From Verrucomicrobiia bacterium (GTDB lineage Bacteria > Verrucomicrobiota > Verrucomicrobiia > Limisphaerales > UBA1319), in NCBI GenBank assembly GCA_963664225.1, contig OY760937.1:4480001-4544000 (forward strand): DNA of 64,000 nt. The letters run 5' to 3'. The first letter of the stretch is position 1. The number at the start of each line of letters is the position of its first letter. Positions 58,278 through 64,000 of the stretch are shown here, piece after piece. A program made the translations under genes and the position numbers. The notes beneath the pieces are model-generated. The model was not told the origin of the DNA. It saw only the letters and a list, made by a program, of their open reading frames with translations, and searched no databases.

Positions 58278-58994
58278 ATGAAATACACGTATGAGGAGAT
58301 GGCGGGAATGATCGATCATTCCCTGCTGCATCCGACCATGACAGACGCCGAGTTGGAGGTTGGATGCAAACTTGCGGCCAAATACAAAGTGGCATCGGTC
58401 TGCATCAAACCCTATGCCGTGAAGATGGCGGCCGGGATTTTGAACGGCACCGGTGTCAAGGTGGGCGCGGTTGTCGGCTTCCCCCACGGCGGTAGTACGA
58501 CCGAATCGAAATGCTTTGAAACTGTGGTCGCGTGCAACGATGGCGCCACCGAAATCGATATGGTCATTAATATCGGCAAGGCGCTTTCGGGCGATTGGGT
58601 TTATGTGACCCGGGATATTCGGCAAGTCACGGAAACCGCCCACAAGCATGGCGCCATTGTCAAAGTGATCTTCGAAAACGATTTCGTTACCGACGACAAA
58701 CTTAAAATCAAGCTGTGCCAGATTTGCGAAAGTGTGTGGGCTGATTTTGTAAAGACATCGACCGGCTATGGATTTGTGAAGGGCTCGGATGGCAAGTATT
58801 CCTACAAAGGCGCCACCGAGGAGGACTTGAAGCTGATGCGGGCTAATTGCTCGACAAAAGTGCAAGTCAAGGCCGCTGGCGGCATCCGGGATCTGGATGC
58901 GTTAATTCATGCCCGTGATCTCGGTGTCTCGCGTGTTGGCGCCACGGCCACGGCCCAGATGTTGGATGAATATCGAAGGCGCGCATCGTTGTGA
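58278..58994 (+). CDS. deoC: Deoxyribose-phosphate aldolase
   Basis: IDHSLL, ASVCI, VVGFPHG, EIDMVIN, VKVIFEN, FVKTSTG, VKAAGGIR. Confidence 0.95.
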   Translation: MKYTYEEMAGMIDHSLLHPTMTDAELEVGCKLAAKYKVASVCIKPYAVKMAAGILNGTGVKVGAVVGFPHGGSTTESKCFETVVACNDGATEIDMVINIGKALSGDWVYVTRDIRQVTETAHKHGAIVKVIFENDFVTDDKLKIKLCQICESVWADFVKTSTGYGFVKGSDGKYSYKGATEEDLKLMRANCSTKVQVKAAGGIRDLDALIHARDLGVSRVGATATAQMLDEYRRRASL

Positions 58995-59392
58995 TGGGCA
59001 GTCAGAACAAACCCTGCTTCCAGGGGAAAACATCGAACCCGACTTTGAAACACCCGTATGCTGGATTGCCAATTGTGTAGCGTCTGACCGCAGGCTCCAC
59101 GTCAGCCGCAGGCAAGAGGAATGCCGGTTTTGTAACCTCTAAAATTACCACGTCTCCTGTGGCAACTGGCATGGCGAGGCCAATCGATGCAAGAGTCAGA
59201 ACTAAACTCAGAATTGGCTTCATACGGTTTGAGTTTGTGAAACCGCATCTGCTGGTTCTCTCTATCGCCCTCAACCATGGTAAAGCCAAAAGCACAACAA
59301 CACGTCGCGAATATATTGATGAGACGCGTTTGTGATTTTTTCAACAAGTCCATTATAATGGAGTTCAGTGATATGAAATTGGATGTGAATGC

Positions 59393-60433
59393 TCAGCACA
59401 GGATGCCTCTCTCGCGGTAAACGGCCAGGATATTCTCAGGCGGTACGTCTGGCTGAAACAGATGGGCGGGGCCGAGAATATAACCGCCGCCTGCGCCCAG
59501 TACTTCGCAGTAACGATGTGCTTCTGCGTTCACTTGAGAGGGAGTCGCGTGAGGGAGCAGGTGTTGCATGTCCATCCCACCGTGAAAACTCAGGTGGTCA
59601 CCAAAGTCCCTTTTCAAACCCTCTGGATTCATTTCGGGACCGGTGGGCTGGATGGGATCCAACACATCCACGCCCAACTCGATCAAGTCCGGTATGAAAG
59701 GCCGCACCATGCCGCAACTGTGAAACAGGGCTTTTCCTCCCAGGCTGTGAATGCAGTCGCACATCTCCTTCAGATAAGGCGCCACGAATTGGCCGAACAT
59801 GGCGATTGAGATCAGCGGTCGGTGCTGCGAACCCAGATCGCTGATGACCAGGTAGAGGTCGATGCGTCCACTGGTGATTTCCGCCGCGCGAGTGTAATCC
59901 TCCAGGTAAAAATCGGTGAATTTGCGGCAAAGGAAATGAACCCATTCCGGCCGTTCGACCATGTCCAAAAACATGTTGTCCCAGCCGCGCACCAAGGCAG
60001 GACGCTGCCAGACGTCTGCAAAGCCATAGAGCAACGCCCGCGTCTCATGGCGCTGGCATTGTTCGCTGAGTTGGAAGTGATCGATGCAGTCTGGTGACGG
60101 CCAGCTAAAGGTTTCCAACTCAGCAATGCTCTTCGCGCCAGCCAGTGCGCCTTTGACATCCTCGCGCAGTGGGCCCCAGGGTGTCGGCTGGTATATAAAC
60201 CGCTCGCCCCAGAAGTTCTGGAAGACTCCGCCACCGATCGTTTGGTCCGGTGGCGGCAGAGCCTCGAGATGTCTGATATCTATGCCCAGCGAGTCGAGTA
60301 GTTTGTGCTTATCGTCGTGGCCCACGTGCGCAAACAATCGTTTCCAGGTCGGCGGTTCCGCCCAGAAATCACGCGGTGTGCGGTCAGGATGCTCATGCCG
60401 CAGGGCGGTAAGGACTCTTTCTCGCGACGTCAC
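59393..60433 (-). CDS. Uroporphyrinogen decarboxylase-family (URO-D/MtaA-like) protein
   Basis: MTSRERV...PDR.P, RGW, SDLGSQ, FHSCG, FHGGMD, GGGYILGPAH, VPPENI. Confidence 0.88.
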   Translation of the reverse strand: MTSRERVLTALRHEHPDRTPRDFWAEPPTWKRLFAHVGHDDKHKLLDSLGIDIRHLEALPPPDQTIGGGVFQNFWGERFIYQPTPWGPLREDVKGALAGAKSIAELETFSWPSPDCIDHFQLSEQCQRHETRALLYGFADVWQRPALVRGWDNMFLDMVERPEWVHFLCRKFTDFYLEDYTRAAEITSGRIDLYLVISDLGSQHRPLISIAMFGQFVAPYLKEMCDCIHSLGGKALFHSCGMVRPFIPDLIELGVDVLDPIQPTGPEMNPEGLKRDFGDHLSFHGGMDMQHLLPHATPSQVNAEAHRYCEVLGAGGGYILGPAHLFQPDVPPENILAVYRERGILC

Positions 60434-61845
60434 AAGGTCCAGCCTTCGCGGTATTTTCGGCGGATCAGGACGTTGGCCTCTTTGTTGTTCGTTACCTCCA
60501 TCTTCTCACCGTTCCATAACAATGGCTTGTTGGGAAAGCGCACCGCCAGGTTGCCCATCAGCACCATTTCCGAAAGTGGGCCGGAATAGTCGAAATTCGA
60601 GCTGGCCGGTTTTCCGCCCTTGCAGGCGCGGACCCAGTCTTTTTCGTGTCCGTTCATCCCGCCGGGAATGCGATCGATGCTTTTGGGCACCTTTGCCACA
60701 TCGCTTCGCAATGTTTCCGGAAACACGCGTGGACTCAGACCGTAGCAGCCGCTGATCAAAACACCTTTGTCGCCCCGGAAAATCAGGCCGCCATCGCTAT
60801 CGCCCAACTCTTCGTCCGGCTCCAGGATTTCGGGACGTGGCGGCATCATGCCTCCATCCCACCAGGTTAGTTTGAGCTCGGGCAGGCCATCTCTGGCGGG
60901 AAATTTATAGCGCACAATGGTGGAGCGCGGGAAGTTTTCGTTTTTCGGATCCGTCTTTTTCCACAGGTCCTGCCAGTAGGTGGAGATGCAGCCTTCCACG
61001 CTGGTGGGATATTTGAGCTTCATGGCCCAGAAGGCGGCATCGAGGATGTGGCAGCCCAGATCGCCGAGCGAGCCGGTTCCAAAATCACACCAGGCACGCC
61101 AGGTGCCTGGCACATAGGCGGGATGGTAGGGACGGAGAGGCGCAGGCCCCAGCCACCGATCCCAATCAAGCCCGGCGGGCACGGGAGGTGTGTCTTTGGG
61201 GCGGTCCACTTCAACGCCCTGCGGCCAGACCGGGCGGTTGGTCCAGGCGTCGATTTCCTTCACGGTGCCAATGACACCGGCCTGGATCCACTCGCAGATC
61301 TGGCGGGTGCCATCCCCGGAATGTCCCTGGTTGCCCATCTGGGTGACAACCTTGTGTTCACGGGCGGCTTCGGTGATGGTGCGGGCTTCATGCACGGAAT
61401 AGGCCAGGGGCTTCTGCACATAGACATGTTTGCCGTGGCGAATGGCCTCCATGGCTATGACGGCGTGGGTGTGGTCGGGCGTGGCGATGATCACCGCATC
61501 GATGTCATTTTGCTTTTCCAGCATGTCGCGGTAGTCGCGATACAGTTTTGCCTTGGGAAATTCCTTGTAGGTCTTGGCCGCATAATCCTGATCAATATCG
61601 CAAAGCGCCACAATATTTTCCCCGGCGCATTGTTTGATATTATTGCCCCCCATGCCCCCCACGCCAATACCGGCAATATTCAACTTTTCGCCGGGCGCTT
61701 TCCCGCCTGCGGCTCGGACAAATACCGCAGGAGCCAGCGACAACGCGGCCGAAGTCAGCGCGGTTGTTTGCAGGAATTGACGGCGGGAGGCCGGTTTGGA
61801 AGTCGGAGAGTTGGCATCGTGCGGGGGTAAATTGTTGTTAATCAT
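60430..61845 (-). CDS. Tat-exported Gfo/Idh/MocA oxidoreductase
   Basis: SRRQFL; GIGVGGMG, ATPDHTH, YVQKPL, QMGNQ, GDLGCHILD. Confidence 0.93.
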   Translation of the reverse strand: MINNNLPPHDANSPTSKPASRRQFLQTTALTSAALSLAPAVFVRAAGGKAPGEKLNIAGIGVGGMGGNNIKQCAGENIVALCDIDQDYAAKTYKEFPKAKLYRDYRDMLEKQNDIDAVIIATPDHTHAVIAMEAIRHGKHVYVQKPLAYSVHEARTITEAAREHKVVTQMGNQGHSGDGTRQICEWIQAGVIGTVKEIDAWTNRPVWPQGVEVDRPKDTPPVPAGLDWDRWLGPAPLRPYHPAYVPGTWRAWCDFGTGSLGDLGCHILDAAFWAMKLKYPTSVEGCISTYWQDLWKKTDPKNENFPRSTIVRYKFPARDGLPELKLTWWDGGMMPPRPEILEPDEELGDSDGGLIFRGDKGVLISGCYGLSPRVFPETLRSDVAKVPKSIDRIPGGMNGHEKDWVRACKGGKPASSNFDYSGPLSEMVLMGNLAVRFPNKPLLWNGEKMEVTNNKEANVLIRRKYREGWTL

Positions 61846-61945
61846 AGCGGTGTTCAGTCTTGTTGAAGAAAATGGAATTCAGTTCCGGCATTCCGTGCGA
61901 AGGCCAGACCATTTGGCACGGATAGGACGTTTATGGGCAAACGTT

Positions 61946-62013
61946 TAACAAACAATCTGGAGATTGTGTTTTCCACGGTTTCAAAGTGCCAAAAAACGTC
62001 CGGGAAATCAACC
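61946..62013 (-). promoter_or_regulatory. Copy 2 of the duplicated 68-bp upstream element
   Basis: 58/68 identical to 57952-58019; lies between a terminator and the Gfo/Idh/MocA start. Confidence 0.65.
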
Positions 62014-62031
62014 ATTGCTGCACAACCTGCC

Positions 62032-62073
62032 GAAAAAAGAAGTGGGCCTGGCAACTCTTGTGACCAGGCCCAC
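62032..62073 (-). terminator. Rho-independent terminator
   Basis: Minus strand gtgggcctgg-N12-ccaggcccac followed by ttctttttt, just downstream of the 62121 stop. Confidence 0.8.
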
Positions 62074-62120
62074 GACGACCGCCTTTTTTGAAGGCAGCCA
62101 TTAAACTGCATCCGAACCGT

Positions 62121-63287
62121 TTATGGCACCAGCACTGTGCGATAGAACCGGGTGTTGCTTAAAGGCGAACTGGAATCGATGATCATTTGAGGTGATATCG
62201 TCAGTTTGTTGGTGCTGAGAGAAATCCATGTGGCGGGTGCGATTTCGGTGGAATAGTCCACCCGATAGGTGTCTCCGATTTTGCCGGTGATTGTAATGAC
62301 TGGATAGAAATTGATGGCCGTTAGTGCAAGCACTGCCTCACTGCTGAAGACGGTGCTCACCGTATTGGCAATCCGGACGCGATAGCGGCCGATATCGTTG
62401 GCAGAGGCGTTGGCTATGGAGAGAGTGCTGGTCGTGGCGCCGGAGATATTGCCGCCATCGGAGATGTTGGTGTCGTTAATCTGCCATTGATATGTGGCCC
62501 CCGTGAGATTGGAGATGGTGACGGAAAAGGTGGCTGTACTGCCGGGTGAAACCGTAGTATTGCCAGGTTGCTGGGTGATTACAGGCGCACCGGCAGGCGC
62601 TTCGGATTCAAGATCGAAGGCATCCACGAAGAAGGATTGAGCGCCAGTAGTGCCATAAGCGTTGAGCAGGAAAGCGCCCGCGCGCACTGTGGCGGTGTTG
62701 GCCGGAGCTGTGAATTGGGGCGTGGTGAATATCGCCATGCTTCCGGGGCCGGAGTTTGGAAGGCCAGCTATTACCAGGTCCAGCGCATTGCTGGCGATGA
62801 CGGTGTTGGCGGAATCGAGAAACTCGACGACAAAAAAGGCCGAAGGCGCGGGGGTATTGGTATTAAAGAACGCGCAGAAGTTGGCCTCACCGGCGGCATA
62901 ACCGGACAAAGTGTATTTCGTTCCCTCCACGGCCGGGAGATCCTGATAGAAATAGACGGAAATTGCGTCGGCCACGGTGCCCTGGAATGGCTTGAAAAAA
63001 AGCCCAAAACCATCAGGTCCCTGGACGTTGCAAAAAGTTTCAGAGGAGCATCCGTCCTGGAAGGCACCGGAGACGGCCTTGGTGGCAACCACAGACCAGC
63101 CGGTTGGGGTGGCGTTGGCCTGAGGACCGACGGTGGTTGAGTCCAGGTTGGCGTTGACCAGATCATTAGCCTGGCCCAGGGAGGCCCCAAAGGCCAGCAG
63201 GGATAATGCGACCGTCACAGAGAGCGCCCGGCCAAGTGGCATTGATGTCGCGTGGGGGGTATTTGTTCGTGCTGATTTCATAGCCAT
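62121..63287 (-). CDS. Secreted protein: jelly-roll-like domain + Ig domain + C-terminal RFYR domain
   Basis: Signal peptide; PVITQQP...YQWQ...LSIANAS.NDIGRYRV; ends TRFYRTVLVP. Confidence 0.8.
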   Translation of the reverse strand: MAMKSARTNTPHATSMPLGRALSVTVALSLLAFGASLGQANDLVNANLDSTTVGPQANATPTGWSVVATKAVSGAFQDGCSSETFCNVQGPDGFGLFFKPFQGTVADAISVYFYQDLPAVEGTKYTLSGYAAGEANFCAFFNTNTPAPSAFFVVEFLDSANTVIASNALDLVIAGLPNSGPGSMAIFTTPQFTAPANTATVRAGAFLLNAYGTTGAQSFFVDAFDLESEAPAGAPVITQQPGNTTVSPGSTATFSVTISNLTGATYQWQINDTNISDGGNISGATTSTLSIANASANDIGRYRVRIANTVSTVFSSEAVLALTAINFYPVITITGKIGDTYRVDYSTEIAPATWISLSTNKLTISPQMIIDSSSPLSNTRFYRTVLVP

Positions 63288-63598
63288 TCTTTCGTTTTTG
63301 TTGTACTGGTTTAGCCTGTAGTGGTGGAAAATGTCTTTGAGGTGATCAACTCTTGGCATCAGTTTGGACAATGGATCGCCATTGCTGAGGTCATGCGAAG
63401 TGCAAAACGGTCACGCGGCGCATCCATGAGAAGCCTCATTTCATATCTCAACTCCTATTGATCTGGTCGGCTTGCGGAAATGAGCGCAAATAACGCACGC
63501 CCCAAGCTATGTCCATCTAAAATACGATGGAGATCGACTTCTTAATATCGGCGCTGATTACAAATTCGCAAGTTGAACTTCAGAGGAAGCTTTATCCC

Positions 63599-64000
63599 CT
63601 ATGGCGGGCCGAATTGGAAAACGCGATAAAACCGCTGGCTGGCGCCAAAGGGAGGCGTTGCCGTGTCCGGTGGCCCGCCATCAATCCAGGTTACGGCGGG
63701 ACTCTGCGCCAGTGCGAGAGTCGGCAGGCTGAACCATGTCAATAAGTCGGGGGAGTATTCAACTTGGTAATAGGAACCAGTAAGGGAATCCCAGATGAGA
63801 GTTATGGCATTCTGTCCAGAGACTGGCTTGAGGATTGGACGCATGGAAGAGAGCGAAACGAATCCTGCTTTCTGAAGTCCGCGTTGGATTTCCTGGTTTC
63901 GCATGAATCGGCGCCAAACCTTCTGTGTGCGATAGTTTTCGATGGCGATGACGATAGGTCCCTGGTCGATCCCCACTTCGTCCGGACCCCACCACTGTGC
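63599..64000 (-). CDS. C-terminal part of a GH144-like (glucoamylase-family, beta-1,2-glucanase) protein with RFYR domain; 5' end outside the window
   Basis: WWGPDEVGIDQGPIVIAIENYRT...W..FM.N.EI.RGL.KAGF, then YQVEYSPDLLTW...QRFYRV. Confidence 0.8.
   Translation of the reverse strand, partial: AQWWGPDEVGIDQGPIVIAIENYRTQKVWRRFMRNQEIQRGLQKAGFVSLSSMRPILKPVSGQNAITLIWDSLTGSYYQVEYSPDLLTWFSLPTLALAQSPAVTWIDGGPPDTATPPFGASQRFYRVFQFGPP

Noticed and set aside
59329..59348. Rex/CRP-like box ttgtgattttttcaacaa
   Set aside because: The right half-site does not match at the required spacing.
59393..60433. hemE (heme biosynthesis)
   Set aside because: Motifs and the sugar-oxidoreductase context fit the broad URO-D/methyltransferase-like family rather than true HemE.

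Overview
Bacterial chromosomal window. The gene style (CotH/lamin-tail proteins, Tat-exported sugar enzymes, a shared 'RFYR' C-terminal domain, REP-like palindromes) suggests Verrucomicrobiota; this is inference. It holds: (i) many secreted carbohydrate-active or uncharacterised proteins (CBM6 + six-hairpin GH, GH172, GH120, an amber-interrupted GH5-like gene, GH36, GH144 fragment); (ii) a lone PLD-SF2 helicase-DUF3427 (SauUSI-like) restriction gene; (iii) a co-directional cluster at 18989-29445 with a Tat-exported [NiFe] hydrogenase (small and large subunit, maturation protease; no cytochrome b, no membrane anchor), a 1715-aa secreted protein whose N-terminal DUF2271-like domain carries a DGYSGAT flavinylation motif, an ApbE flavin transferase and a Tat aldo/keto reductase. 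This is the best candidate for an undescribed system: H2 oxidation coupled to a flavinylated surface protein; (iv) a ~15 kb type II FAS/PKS lipid cluster (40646-55588) with two B12-radical SAM enzymes and an MMPL-acyltransferase fusion. Smaller oddities: an in-frame 38-bp repeat/34-bp spacer/38-bp repeat insertion, a duplicated 68-bp upstream element, and a 164-bp tandem duplication. No rRNA, tRNA, transposase or CRISPR array was recognised. All family calls come from motif recognition by eye, not database searches.
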